Shown here: positions 1 through 9,734 of the stretch, piece after piece
Numbering within the stretch: the first letter of the stretch is position 1
How the letters are laid out: every line of letters starts with the position of its first letter
From: Nitrospirota bacterium
GTDB taxonomy: Bacteria; Nitrospirota; Nitrospiria; Nitrospirales; Nitrospiraceae
Assembly (NCBI GenBank): GCA_963703955.1
Contig: CAVPGK010000028.1
Span: 1 to 29,900 of the forward strand
Length of the DNA stretch: 29,900 nt
Direction: 5' to 3'
Notes under the pieces: generated by a model
Databases searched by the model: none
What the model was told of the DNA's origin: nothing
The model's input: only the letters and a program-made list of their open reading frames with translations
Translations under genes and position numbers: made by a program

Positions 1-503
1 ACCCCAGTTGTCCCCCCTCCGCCGACCCCAAGGGTGATCCCGCTGTCCACGCCCAGTTTCACGGTGCCTCCTCCATGAAATCGCTCCAAGGCTGAGGAGG
101 TCAGAACCGCAAGCACCACCTCGGAGGCATCGGCGCCGGCCTGGACGCCGATGCTGGTTGCGGACATCCGATAGAAGGCGGGCGGCGACCATCCTCCCTT
201 GGCGAAGTCCTGAGCGAGGAGCACTCCGCTCCCGCCGGCCCCGCCGACGAGGAAAGCGCCGCGCAGGAGTTGTGGAACGATGAACACGGCCTTGATATCG
301 CGCGCATGACGACGATACCAGGACCGATTCTCCTGGTCTGAGAGAAATTTCTCGAACGTGAGCCTCGCCCGATCGACGAGTTCCTGCTGTTTCGAAAAGT
401 CGCCCGCAACACCATGGGTCGGACCCAGCGCGAGCAGCAGGGTGATCAGCAAACCGGCGAGCCCGGCCGGCCGCAGTCGAAATGTCCCAGGATTTCGTGA
501 CAT
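1..503 (-). CDS. Lipid-binding SYLF (Ysc84) domain protein; 5' part only, runs off the window
   Basis: Translated by hand from ATG at 503: MSRNPGTFRLRPAGLAGLLITLLLALGPTHGVAGDFSKQQELVDRARLTFEKF...KAVFIVPQLLRGAFLVGGAGGSGVLLAQDFAKGGWSPPAFYRMSATSIGVQAGADASEVV. Signal peptide plus SYLF motifs. Absent from the ORF track because there is no stop in the window. Confidence 0.85.
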   Translation of the reverse strand, partial: MSRNPGTFRLRPAGLAGLLITLLLALGPTHGVAGDFSKQQELVDRARLTFEKFLSDQENRSWYRRHARDIKAVFIVPQLLRGAFLVGGAGGSGVLLAQDFAKGGWSPPAFYRMSATSIGVQAGADASEVVLAVLTSSALERFHGGGTVKLGVDSGITLGVGGGGTTG

Positions 504-527
504 CCCTGATGTCCTCGCGGGCGTCTC

Positions 528-1249
528 CTACTTGATGACTTTAGCCACGGCGTCGCGTAGGTCGGTCGATTTGGGGTTCTCGACGCTGTGTTTGACCAGG
601 ATGTCCGTCGGCCGCACGTCCTTCCCGTAGTAGGCCGCATTGGAATCATTCGACACGGCGACTAACGCTCCGTCCAGTTGCATGCCCGCAAAGATGCCCT
701 TGCTGCTGGCATACGAGAGAAGGTCGGCCGTCACCCCTGTGATCGCTCCCCCTCCCCCGGCAGAGCCCGCCGAGAGGCCCGCGTCGACGCCCATTTTGAA
801 GTCGTTCCGATAGAACTGTTCGAGACCGCGTGTTGTCCTGATCAGGAACACCAGTTGGGACACATCCGCGCCGGCTTGCAAGCCGAAACTCACCGAGCCC
901 ATCGTGTAAAAGGCCGGCTGCGACCAGGCTTTCGTCTTCTCATCGCGGACGAGAAGGACGCCGCTCCCGCCCCTGCCGCCGAAGATAAACGCGCCCCTCA
1001 GCAACTGGGGGACGATGAAGATACCTTGGGATCCTTCGTTACGTCAGCCTGGAGGGAGGCTTTCAGGTCCGGATTGGCGCCAAAGGCTTCGATGGTCATC
1101 TTCGCCTTGTCGATGAGCTGTTGCTGTTCGGCAGAATCTGCCGTGATTGCCGGTGTTGCCGGAAGGGCAACCAGCGCAGCAACCCATATGGTGGTGAGAA
1201 TGAAGAATGCCGCTATCGAACCTGTTTTCCGCCTCGTTCTACCATTCAT
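528..1249 (-). CDS. Lipid-binding SYLF (Ysc84) domain protein, split by one frameshift near 1025
   Basis: ORF 998-1249 (signal peptide, EQQQLIDKAKMTIEAF) joins ORF 528-1004 (LLRGAFIFGGRGGSGVLL, WSQPAFY, GLQAGAD, YASSKGIFAG, SNAAYYG). Adding one base at AAG-GT-ATC restores KGIFIVPQLLRGAF. GGAGG RBS upstream of 1249. Confidence 0.85.
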
Positions 1250-1774
1250 GCGCGTGCCTCCTTAGTGAATTGGTGGGCCGTGTAGCACGGCTCTCTTGTG
1301 TTATGTATCTATGAGTTGGTGCTTCTTACCGCGGTAAGCGTCTTGTCGTGGCAAGAATGACGTACGTGCTAGCCGCTAACACTACACTCGTTCTCCCGGG
1401 AAAACAACAGGCAATTGTGACGGTGCTTCTGCCATTCCGGATGAGGAAGTCCAGGTACTGGGAAATGATCACCTTCGATCGTCGCCGCGATCTGAAGGAG
1501 ATGACATGCTGGGAAGGGAGCAGGGACTCCTGTCAACGTCTGGTCGCGTTGCCTGAGCGGATCGCTCCCGCAATCTCGCGACTCAGTGCGGCGAGCGCGC
1601 GGCTAAGCGCAGCGATAAGCGCGTCATAGCATTCACCGCCGATGAGGTCTCGCACCACTGACCGACCGGTAGCGGCTCACCGGAAGCGCGATGCATTGTC
1701 CAAAGTGAGTCGATCATGATGGTCGCCAAGGGTTGAATCGAAGTCGCGGAGAAACAGATAGGCTTGCCATTCTC

Positions 1775-2191
1775 TCAGGTACCGACCACACGTAGTCCGC
1801 TGGCCTTGGCGGCAATGGCCAGCGCACCGTCGTGGGTGGTCATCACAAGATCCGCACCCGTCCGCTCCCGCCATAGCAGGGCGGTCGCCAGATGGATCGC
1901 ATCCAGAGTCCCAAGCGCGGTGGGGAGTGGTTGAGCGGCCCGCGCAAGAACGGGACGGGTCAACTCGATGACTTCAATCGCCTCGACCAGCCGGAACACG
2001 GCCTCTCGCCGCATCGCGATCTCATCGTCCCGTAACCCTTCAGCGAGACGCAGCCGGTCCAGCGTGCGCAGACACTCGACCTCTACCAAAGCGGAAGCAA
2101 CCCCTTGCTCGATGATTCGCCACTCTTTGAGGGCATTCGCCTGACCGAGGACGACGCGCAGCAGGACCGAGGAGTCGAGATAGGCAATCAC
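1775..2191 (-). CDS. vapC: VapC-family PIN-domain toxin
   Basis: YLDSS, VEVEC, TLDAIHLATA and THD PIN motifs; start overlaps the antitoxin stop. Confidence 0.9.
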   Translation of the reverse strand: MIAYLDSSVLLRVVLGQANALKEWRIIEQGVASALVEVECLRTLDRLRLAEGLRDDEIAMRREAVFRLVEAIEVIELTRPVLARAAQPLPTALGTLDAIHLATALLWRERTGADLVMTTHDGALAIAAKASGLRVVGT

Positions 2192-2451
2192 CGCTCGCCC
2201 TGCCGTTCCTCCAACAGGAGCGACACAATGTCCCTCCGCAATCGCAGTGGCGGCGGCAGCGTCACACGGCTGAGCTTCGGGGCCCCCGGCAGAGGTGAAC
2301 GCACTTTAAGCGAGGCGCCGTCCTGCTCATAAGGCAGAATACGCGCAATGGGGGTGTCGCGATCCAGTACCGTGAGGCTCCGGCCGCTCCGGACCTTCCT
2401 CAGGTACTCGCTCAGACGACTCTTCAGATCGGCGATGCGAACAGTGTTCAT
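2188..2451 (-). CDS. Phd/YefM-family antitoxin
   Basis: MNTVRIADLKSRLSEYLRKVRSGRSLTVLDRDTPIARILP is a typical Phd N-terminus. The true start is ATG at 2451, not 2592. Confidence 0.88.
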   Translation of the reverse strand: MNTVRIADLKSRLSEYLRKVRSGRSLTVLDRDTPIARILPYEQDGASLKVRSPLPGAPKLSRVTLPPPLRLRRDIVSLLLEERQGER

Positions 2452-2486
2452 GGCTAGATAATAGTCAAAACTGGTCACGAACGCAA
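2452..2486 (-). promoter_or_regulatory. sigma70-type promoter, leaderless start of TA module 1
   Basis: Minus strand reads TTGCGT-17 nt-TATTAT-6 nt-ATG, with no SD. TGACCA/TGACTA direct repeat in the spacer may be the operator. Confidence 0.65.
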
Positions 2487-2585
2487 TAGAACTATCTCTA
2501 TGAGATCGTGCCGGTGAGGTGGCTCCTGAGACGACAAAATTTCTGACACCACTTCCGGTCTGCCAAACCGGGCTAAAAAACTTTC

Positions 2586-2613
2586 TTGACATAGAGCCCT
2601 ATATCGATAAGGT
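2586..2613 (+). promoter_or_regulatory. sigma70-type promoter, leaderless start of TA module 2
   Basis: TTGACA(2586)-16 nt-TAAGGT-7 nt-ATG(2621); no SD. Confidence 0.55.
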
Positions 2614-2620
2614 TAGCCAT

Positions 2621-2848
2621 ATGAAAACGACGCTCAACATCGACGACTCCCTCATGGCCCAGCTCAAGCGAGAAGCTGCGAGGCAATGACGAACAATGTC
2701 GGAGTTGGTCGAAACGGCCCTGCGTCTCCTGTTTCAGGCTCAAAAGAGCCGACGTCCCCTCCCTCCACTGCCGTCGTTCAAGAGCGGTGGGTATCTGGTG
2801 GACATCGCTGATCGTGACGCCTTATACCAGGCCATGGAAGGGCGCTAG
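2621..2848 (+). pseudogene. RHH/VapB-type antitoxin with an in-frame TGA
   Basis: MKTTLNIDDSLMAQLKREAARQ*RTMSELVETALRLLFQAQKSRRPLPPLPSFKSGGYLVDIADRDALYQAMEGR*; TGA at 2687-2689 where Gly is expected. Confidence 0.8.
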
Positions 2849-3282
2849 TGTTCGTGGTGGACACCAACGTGCTGGCGTACGCACGACGAGGATGCGCAGG
2901 CCCATCGCCGCTGCCGCGAGATGCTCGACGGATGACGCCGTCAACGATCCGCTTGGTACACAACATGGGGCGTGCTCTACGAATTCCTTCGGATCGCCAC
3001 CCACCCCCGCGTCCTGCGTAATCCCTGGACGGTGAGCAAGGCATGGAGTTTCGTGGACGCGATGCTGGCATCACCGGCGCTGGGCATGTTGGTCGAAACG
3101 GATCGTCATGCCGGCGTCGTGGACCAGGTGTTCCGTGAAGTCCCGCACCTGAGCGGCAACTTGCTCCACCTGCGCACACCGCTGTTCTCATGCGCGAACA
3201 TGGAATCCGGCGTATCTACACCCGAGATACGGATTTCCATCGCTTCCCTTTTCTTGAAGTCGTCGATCCCCTCCAGGCCTAG
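2848..3282 (+). pseudogene. VapC PIN toxin pseudogene
   Basis: GTG at 2848 gives MFVVDTNVLAYA; frameshift; DEDAQAHRRCREMLDG*RRQRSAWYTTWGVLYEFLRIATHPRV...GNLLH; frameshift; AVLMREHGIRRIYTRDTDFHRFPFLEVVDPLQA*. Two frameshifts and one internal stop. Confidence 0.82.
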
Positions 3283-3367
3283 CGCGGTCCTTCCCGAGAA
3301 CGCGGACTTCCGTATGACTCGCGTTCGCTGAATGACCGACATGCGTTCTTCTGACATCCTGGCCGGC

Positions 3368-3391
3368 GATGTTCGCACTGATGTTCGCACT
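3368..3391 (+). repeat. Perfect 12-bp tandem duplication (GATGTTCGCACT x2)
   Basis: Read directly from the sequence. Confidence 0.9.
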
Positions 3392-3845
3392 AAGGCTGGA
3401 GAAGAACTCTTTGTGGAGGTGACTCGACAGGTATCGACAAATCCATGAGACCGACCCGCTCGTGATCCTCCCGCACGTTCTGCGGGCTAGTGCTCTATCA
3501 AAATCCGTCCCCCTCGCAACGTCCATTGATCAACGTCTTGCCTCTGGAACGCCCTCCCTCTAAGATGCCAAGCCTATGAAGCCTGAAAAGGAACATTGAT
3601 TGATCCGCCGCAGGCTCGCACAAGACCTCGGAGAGACCGGCAGCCCTTCGGGCCGCTTCTCAATCCGAGGTTATTGTCTCCACGTCCCGACAATAAGTCG
3701 GGCATGCCGTCATCCTCCCTCCAACAATCTCGCACCCATGCCTAGCGCCTCGGCTTCATTGGCGACGCGTAGGACGGCGGCTTCTGTCGTATCACGAGAA
3801 AGACCTCACTTCTATTGCCGTTGGCCCATTCCGGCCGAGGCTTCT

Positions 3846-4871
3846 GTGAATGACGCGGGCTCAGGCGCGAGGCTTTTGATGATCCTCGCTATCCTCTTGC
3901 TGTTCATCCTGGCCCCCGCCGTCACACACGCCGACGAGGTGATACTGAAAAACGGCGATGCCGTCCATGGCAAGATTCTGGGGATGGAAAATGAACAACT
4001 CGAAATAGATACCGATTTCGCCGGCAAGATCAAGATCGACTGGGAGGACATCAAAAGCCTGACGTCGGACCGCCGCCTTTTCCTGATCTTCTACTCCGAA
4101 GCTCAAATACCTGAGGGGGTCGGCATTCGAGACGGCGACCGGCTCATCGTGACCAAGCTGGAGGCCGGCGGACCGATTCGTTTGTCGGACGTGAAGGCCA
4201 TCAATGCGCGAGCTCTCTATTATCGAGGAAACCTCAACGTGGGCGGAAATTCTACAACCGGAAACACCGACACGCAGGCGCTCAATCTATCGGGGTCGTA
4301 TACGCATCGTCAGGATCGTCACCGGTTGCTGGTGGACGGGAAGTACAACTATGGCACGGCTAAGGGTCAAATAGTCGCGCAGAACGCCGCCGGATCGTTC
4401 AGGTACGACTACTATCTGACCAGACAACTCTACGCGGTGGGAAGTCAGCTCTTCGAGTATGACCTCTTCCAGAATCTAGCCATACGCAGTACAACGATGG
4501 CCGGTCTTGGGCATGATTTTTTTGACTACAAGAGCCATCTCTTGACGTTCGGCGCCGGCCCTGCTGTCGTGTACCAGAATTTCACCACCGAGCCGGATAC
4601 CATCTCCCCTTCGGCCACGTGGTTCGTTCGCTGGTACCGGGAGTTCCGCGGCGGGGACGTGAGGCTGTTCCACAATCATCAGGGGTTTCGAGACTTTGGG
4701 GCCAGCACCGCGTTCCGTCTGAACGCGGACCAGGGCATTCGCGTGACAATCATCGGGGACTTCTCTCTGAATCTCGAATACGACCTGCGATTCAATACCG
4801 AGCCGGCGCCGGGTCGCAAGGAACTGGATCAGACGTTCATTTTTGGGGTCGCATACGAAATCGAACGCTAG
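3846..4871 (+). CDS. DUF481 (YdiY-like) outer-membrane beta-barrel protein
   Basis: Signal peptide ending AVTHA|DEVILKNGD; GNTDTQ, YEYDLF-like and C-terminal FIFGVAYEI beta-signal. Start is likely GTG 3846 or ATG 3879 rather than 3600. Confidence 0.82.
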   Translation: MNDAGSGARLLMILAILLLFILAPAVTHADEVILKNGDAVHGKILGMENEQLEIDTDFAGKIKIDWEDIKSLTSDRRLFLIFYSEAQIPEGVGIRDGDRLIVTKLEAGGPIRLSDVKAINARALYYRGNLNVGGNSTTGNTDTQALNLSGSYTHRQDRHRLLVDGKYNYGTAKGQIVAQNAAGSFRYDYYLTRQLYAVGSQLFEYDLFQNLAIRSTTMAGLGHDFFDYKSHLLTFGAGPAVVYQNFTTEPDTISPSATWFVRWYREFRGGDVRLFHNHQGFRDFGASTAFRLNADQGIRVTIIGDFSLNLEYDLRFNTEPAPGRKELDQTFIFGVAYEIER

Positions 4872-4982
4872 TGAGGCGGTTCTCTCTGGTCTTAAGCCGC
4901 AACAGGAAGTCGATGAAACGTCTGATCCAGCCGGCGCCGCTCACCGACACCGGCAAAGCGGCGCGGTTGACGCGAAGAGACA

Positions 4983-6002
4983 TCAGCGATCGAGCACGGA
5001 TGGTGCTGCCAGGGTTGCTTCCAGGGTTGAGCCCTTCCCCACGGCGTCCAGATGATCATCGATCCATGCCGCGGCGATCCGACGCCCGATGTCATGGAGA
5101 TGCCGCAGGAAGCGCAATTCATTGTTGACTTTGCTCGAGGCGCCGAACTCGCGGAGTTCTTCAGCATGGATCTCGTGCAACCGGGGGTGCCGGTCCTTCA
5201 AGGGATGATCATCATGATCCCTGCCGGGCAGCGCAAGGACATATTTGATTGCTTCCAGCTCTAGAAATAATGCGGTGCTAAAGGTGATCTCATTGATCCT
5301 ATCGATGATGTCACCAGCCGTCCGAGGAAGCTCGGGGCGAGTCAACGGATTAATGCCGATCAAGATGACGTCATCAACCGTTGTCTCTCTAAAGAGCGGG
5401 GCGATCGCCGGGTTCCCCGAATAGCCGCCGTCCCAGTAGGCTTGGCCATCGATTTCAACCGCCTGAAAGCTGAGTGGCAGGCACGCGGAGGCCAGCACCG
5501 CATCCACTGACAACTCAGCATTACTGAAGACCTTTCGTCTTCCTGTCCGGACATTCGTGGCGCACAGGAACACGTGAATGTCCTCGTTGCGCCGGATCCC
5601 CTCAAAATCAATCGATTCGGCGAGCAGGTCACGTACCGGATGATAGTTGAGCGGGTTGAGCTGATAGGGCGACCACACACGGGACATCAGATCGAAAAAC
5701 AGATAGACCGGTGAAGAATCGAGACTGAAACCCCCGAAACCCAACGGATTGCACAGTGCTGCAAGGCCCGGCATTCGCCCGACTGCCTCCCACATCGCGC
5801 TCAGCGCGGCTCTGCCGGCTTTCGGGCCACCCCGGGAGAGACCATCGGCGAGGGCTATGGCGTTCATTGCGCCGGCGCTTGTCCCGCTGATCCCCACAAT
5901 CTCAAGGCTCTCTTCCTCAAGCAGACGATCGAGCACGCCCCACGTAAAGGCGCCATGTGAGCCACCGCCTTGAAGCGCCAAATTGACTTTGCGTGTCGGC
6001 AT
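4983..6002 (-). CDS. Patatin-like phospholipase/esterase
   Basis: GGGSHG glycine loop, GTSAG nucleophile motif, WDGG motif; GGAGG RBS. Confidence 0.92.
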   Translation of the reverse strand: MPTRKVNLALQGGGSHGAFTWGVLDRLLEEESLEIVGISGTSAGAMNAIALADGLSRGGPKAGRAALSAMWEAVGRMPGLAALCNPLGFGGFSLDSSPVYLFFDLMSRVWSPYQLNPLNYHPVRDLLAESIDFEGIRRNEDIHVFLCATNVRTGRRKVFSNAELSVDAVLASACLPLSFQAVEIDGQAYWDGGYSGNPAIAPLFRETTVDDVILIGINPLTRPELPRTAGDIIDRINEITFSTALFLELEAIKYVLALPGRDHDDHPLKDRHPRLHEIHAEELREFGASSKVNNELRFLRHLHDIGRRIAAAWIDDHLDAVGKGSTLEATLAAPSVLDR

Positions 6003-6083
6003 AGAAACCTCCTGCGGACGATTGAAACCTTCCGTTAACGGTGTCGGTTCGCAGAAACTCTGCGGACCGCTTCATTTGCTGTG

Positions 6084-6641
6084 CTATTTTTTCGGCGGGA
6101 ATCGCTCCAGGATTTTCTGGACAGCCTCGTTGATCCTCTCTTGCCTCTTGTCCGGACTGATGTTCTCCTTGACCTCGGCTTGGGCCGATCCTCGCCAGAC
6201 CAACTGCCGGTTTGACGCATTAAGCAAGTCCAGGATCAGGGTGCCTTCCTCGTAGTCACTCGCGTACGTCGGCCCTCCGCCACCTCCGCCTCGATAACCC
6301 CAGCCTGGCTGATACCACGAAGCATCTGAGACTGTGGTCACACCCTGCTTGCCTCGCACCGCGACATGGTAGGCAACCAATAGATCCGGCTTGGCGCCTG
6401 AGTCCTTCGTCAATCCTTTGGCGGTCAACTGTCTCTCAACGGCCTCTCGGATTCTCGAATCCAGAAGTGTTTTGTCGAGCCGTGGATCTCCGGTTGATTG
6501 CTGCGGCCCCGGCGCCCAGTTGTACGTGTGATAGGCGGAAAAGTTGGCCTTCGGGTCATGATCCGAGGTGACCTCTATGGAAGAGCAGGCACTGAACGCT
6601 AAAAGTAGAACCACAATCAGGAGTTGGCGCTCAGCTCGCAT
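6084..6641 (-). CDS. DUF4136 family lipoprotein
   Basis: Lipobox FSAC; DHDPKANFSAYHTYNW, YEEGTLILDLL, LVWRG and C-terminal FPP. Confidence 0.88.
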   Translation of the reverse strand: MRAERQLLIVVLLLAFSACSSIEVTSDHDPKANFSAYHTYNWAPGPQQSTGDPRLDKTLLDSRIREAVERQLTAKGLTKDSGAKPDLLVAYHVAVRGKQGVTTVSDASWYQPGWGYRGGGGGGPTYASDYEEGTLILDLLNASNRQLVWRGSAQAEVKENISPDKRQERINEAVQKILERFPPKK

Positions 6642-6939
6642 GTGCTGACCTCTCTCTCGCAGGCAATCGCGCCAACGGCATTCCCGGGTGCAGCCACTTC
6701 GCAGCGAGGCTCGCGCTCATGATGGACATATGTGGTGTCGGATTGTCAACCTTGTCGGAACTCACGTGACTCCTTCTTGGAGTGACGGAATTTCTCGTAC
6801 AAGGAATCAACCGAAGGCCGAACCGTAATTCCATCTATGCCATATCACTTCAACGGACCATCGTCGTAAGTCGCCTGGGGACAAGAGTGGGAACCTGAGC
6901 CCTTTCCTCCTCCCCTTAGCGCTTACCGTCGGCGCCCAC

Positions 6940-6971
6940 TTGACAGCTAGATGTGTGGGCTGATACATATT
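6940..6971 (+). promoter_or_regulatory. Probable sigma70 promoter, leaderless start of TA module 3
   Basis: TTGACA at 6940, AT-rich TACATATT at 6964-6971, ATG at 6977; no SD. The -10 register is imperfect. Confidence 0.45.
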
Positions 6972-6976
6972 CCCAT

Positions 6977-7222
6977 ATGAAAACAACTGTGGAGATATCT
7001 GATGCCCTCCTGAAGGAGGCCAAACGAGTCGCCTCCTCGGAACATACGACTGTCCGGGCGCTTATCGAGCATGGTCTTCGTCGAGTTCTGGCGGAACGCA
7101 AACGCGTGCGCACCTTTCGCCTCCGGAAGGTGACATTCAAGGGGCAAGGCCTCCAACCGAACCTGGATGCCGGCGCCTGGGACCGGATTCGTGACCTCGC
7201 CTACGAAGGCCGCGGGGCATGA
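6977..7222 (+). CDS. vapB: VapB-type antitoxin (MKTT.. RHH family)
   Basis: MKTTVEISDALLKEAKRVASSEHTTVRALIEHGLR...YEGRGA; ATGA overlap with the toxin. Confidence 0.87.
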   Translation: MKTTVEISDALLKEAKRVASSEHTTVRALIEHGLRRVLAERKRVRTFRLRKVTFKGQGLQPNLDAGAWDRIRDLAYEGRGA

Positions 7223-7653
7223 TTGCCCTGGATACCAACCTCCTTGTATACGCCCATCGGGAAGACTCCCCCTGGCACAACAAAGCGTACGCCCAGATCC
7301 TTAATCTGGCTGAGGGCCGTTCATCGTGGGCCATTCCCTGGCCCTGTCTGCACGAGTTTCTCGCCATCGTCACCCACCCTCGGATTTACAACCCTCCGAC
7401 TTCCTTAGGCGTGGCCATTGACCAAGTCGAAGCGTGGCTTGAAACCCCCAACCTCACAATCCTGTCGGAAGGCGATGGGTATTGGCCTGAACTCCGCATC
7501 ACGCTGGAGAATGGCCAGGTCATTGGCCCCCAGGTGCACGATGCCCGGATAACTGCGATCTGCCGATTTCATGGCGTACGGGAACTGTGGACTGCTGATC
7601 GGGACTTCAGCCGCTTCCCCGGCCTCCTTGTCCGCAACCCTCTCATCAATTAG
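7219..7653 (+). CDS. vapC: VapC PIN-domain toxin
   Basis: MIALDTNLLVYAH, HEFLAIVTHPRI, HDARI and WTADRDFSRFPGL motifs. Confidence 0.92.
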   Translation: MIALDTNLLVYAHREDSPWHNKAYAQILNLAEGRSSWAIPWPCLHEFLAIVTHPRIYNPPTSLGVAIDQVEAWLETPNLTILSEGDGYWPELRITLENGQVIGPQVHDARITAICRFHGVRELWTADRDFSRFPGLLVRNPLIN

Positions 7654-7743
7654 CCACCCTCCCTCATACTTCGCGACCCGCTCCATGGGAGAGGCAGGCC
7701 CCAGGCGATCATCACGCCGCTTGGTCCCACTTATCTTGGTTTC

Positions 7744-9540
7744 TTATGTACCGAGCGGGCGCGTGGGACTTTTCGCCGGTGCCGCGAACCACTGATCCTT
7801 CGGCACCACCTTGGGTGTTTGCGGGTCGCCCTCATAGGCGGGCGTCATGATCTGGACGCCATGTTCATTGAACACATCGAGGATGTTCTGGTGCAGGGCC
7901 GTGTAGAGCTGCGGCATGGCCTGCGGATTGTCACAGTACGCGTTGAGTTCGTAGGTGACGGCAAAGTCGCCCAAGGACTTCTGGAGGACGTAGGGCAACG
8001 GCTCCTTGAGCAGTCCGGGCGTGCGTTCCGCCGCAACCCGCAGCATGGCTTCTACTTGTCTCCACGACACTTCGTAGCCGATGCCGACGGTGGTGTGCAG
8101 GATCAATCCACGAGACTTGGCGAGCGTACTGTAGTTGATGACATGGCTGTTCAGGATCAGCGAATTCGGCACGACAACCTCTTCGTTCTTGATCGTGCGC
8201 AAATGCGTGACGAGCAGCCTCATCTCCACCACGTCCCCGGCAATATCGTCGACCCGGATACGATCGCCGAGCTTGAACGCGCGGCGGTAGGTCATGGTAT
8301 AGCCCGCGATCACGTTGGCGATCACCGATGAGGAACCCAGTGAGAAAATTACGCCGAGAAAGATCGAGACCCCTTTGAACGCGTCGGATTGCGAGCCGGG
8401 AATATAGGGATAGGCCATGACCAGCGCAAAGGCGATGACCAGCAGACGGACGATCCTATACGTCGGCATGGCCCAGTCACGCTCGAAACCGGTCAGCTTG
8501 ATCCTGCCTCGATCGATGCCCGCAAAGAACAGCCGCATAGCTCCCAAGCCGTAGCGCGTCATCAGAATGAGAATCGCGAGAAACGCCAGATTCGGCAAGG
8601 TGTTGAGGAATGCAATCCCCATGGTGCGCAAGGGATCCAGAAAGATCGCGAAGAGTCGTTGTGCCAGCGGCCGAGTCCACGGATACAAACCGAGCACCAG
8701 ATTCAAATACACATACCCGAGCACCAGCAGCGACACCACGCGCAAGATGTTGAGCAGGTTCCGCAGCGAGGTCCATAGTCGCTCGGCCTGAATGATCTGG
8801 AAGGACTGGGCTTGCAGCCCCTCGATGCGCGATTTGAAGCGCTGCTCGGCGGTCGCATCCAGCCACCGAAATCCGCGCCGAAGCGCGCGGAACAGCAGGA
8901 CGGCGAGCAGTGTCGCGCCGAGCGCGTATAGCGTGTTGATCAACAACACACGCGAACTACGGTTGTGCCGATACGAGCCGATGGCCTCGATCACTCTCGC
9001 TCGTATCGCTTCCGCGAGGGTTTGTCGTGAGACGCCTTCAGGGCCGGCATCGGCATCGAACACGCTCACTATCAAACGGTCGCCGGCGAGAATATTCGTT
9101 TTCTCCCCCGCTTCCTCGATGCGCAGCGTCTGGGCGGAGACGGACCGATCGCCTGCAATGGCCTCAATGCGTGCGCCGATGGCCTGCGCGCGCCGCTCGG
9201 CCGGGTACGCCGTTACGCCGCGCACACGAAACAGGATCTCGCCATCCAGCGTGACCGTTGCCGTCGCAGGGCCGACCGGCGCCTCGATGTCGGATGTGCT
9301 CGGCGAGGGACTCCCTGAGGCAGCGGTGGCAGGCGCTGCCGCAAGACACGCAATCAACAAGAAGCCGAGAACCCCCATCCGCTCGCGACGGCTTCGACGT
9401 ACCTCGCCTTCATGTTGAATGAACCAGAGAGCGCATCGCGTCCGCACTGGCGGCCGCTGATCTCCATGGCGGGATACCAGGAAACACATGACGACGGTGG
9501 CTTTCTTTCCGGACTTTGGCGCGAATGATCCGGATTTCAT
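7744..9540 (-). CDS. mscS: Small-conductance mechanosensitive channel (MscS family)
   Basis: TM helices, then GSSSVIANVIAG, FKLGDRI, VVVPNSLIL and IMTPAY. AAGGAG RBS before 9540; alternative start at 9378. Confidence 0.9.
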   Translation of the reverse strand: MKSGSFAPKSGKKATVVMCFLVSRHGDQRPPVRTRCALWFIQHEGEVRRSRRERMGVLGFLLIACLAAAPATAASGSPSPSTSDIEAPVGPATATVTLDGEILFRVRGVTAYPAERRAQAIGARIEAIAGDRSVSAQTLRIEEAGEKTNILAGDRLIVSVFDADAGPEGVSRQTLAEAIRARVIEAIGSYRHNRSSRVLLINTLYALGATLLAVLLFRALRRGFRWLDATAEQRFKSRIEGLQAQSFQIIQAERLWTSLRNLLNILRVVSLLVLGYVYLNLVLGLYPWTRPLAQRLFAIFLDPLRTMGIAFLNTLPNLAFLAILILMTRYGLGAMRLFFAGIDRGRIKLTGFERDWAMPTYRIVRLLVIAFALVMAYPYIPGSQSDAFKGVSIFLGVIFSLGSSSVIANVIAGYTMTYRRAFKLGDRIRVDDIAGDVVEMRLLVTHLRTIKNEEVVVPNSLILNSHVINYSTLAKSRGLILHTTVGIGYEVSWRQVEAMLRVAAERTPGLLKEPLPYVLQKSLGDFAVTYELNAYCDNPQAMPQLYTALHQNILDVFNEHGVQIMTPAYEGDPQTPKVVPKDQWFAAPAKSPTRPLGT

Positions 9541-9734
9541 AGCTCACTCCTTTCAAACGATGATCTCATAAGCCAGACGTGATCTTGGCGGGGAAGACAC
9601 GGGGCGACGGAGCCATCCGCCTGCAATTGCGAGGACCACCGGCCTTGCGAGAAAGAATGAAGGCGCGTCCGCTAACGGAGGGGCATCTCGGCGAAGCCTA
9701 TCAAAGGGTCGGCGCGTTCGGAAGCCTGGGGGGA

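Noticed and set aside
1273..1340. Short palindromes GCCGTGTAGCACGGC and CTTACCGCGGTAAG
   Set aside because: Isolated and short, with no repeat elsewhere or assignable function; not attC-like.
2687..2935. Two in-frame TGAs at expected Gly and Trp positions, suggesting stop-codon recoding
   Set aside because: They would need two different amino acids, the same toxin gene also has frameshifts, and many intact genes here (treY, vapC 1775, porin) end in TGA.
3600..3845. Long N-terminal extensions in the ORF track (DUF481; also the antitoxin to 2592, mscL to 14664 and the porin from 21296)
   Set aside because: Homology, signal peptides and SD positions point to downstream starts.
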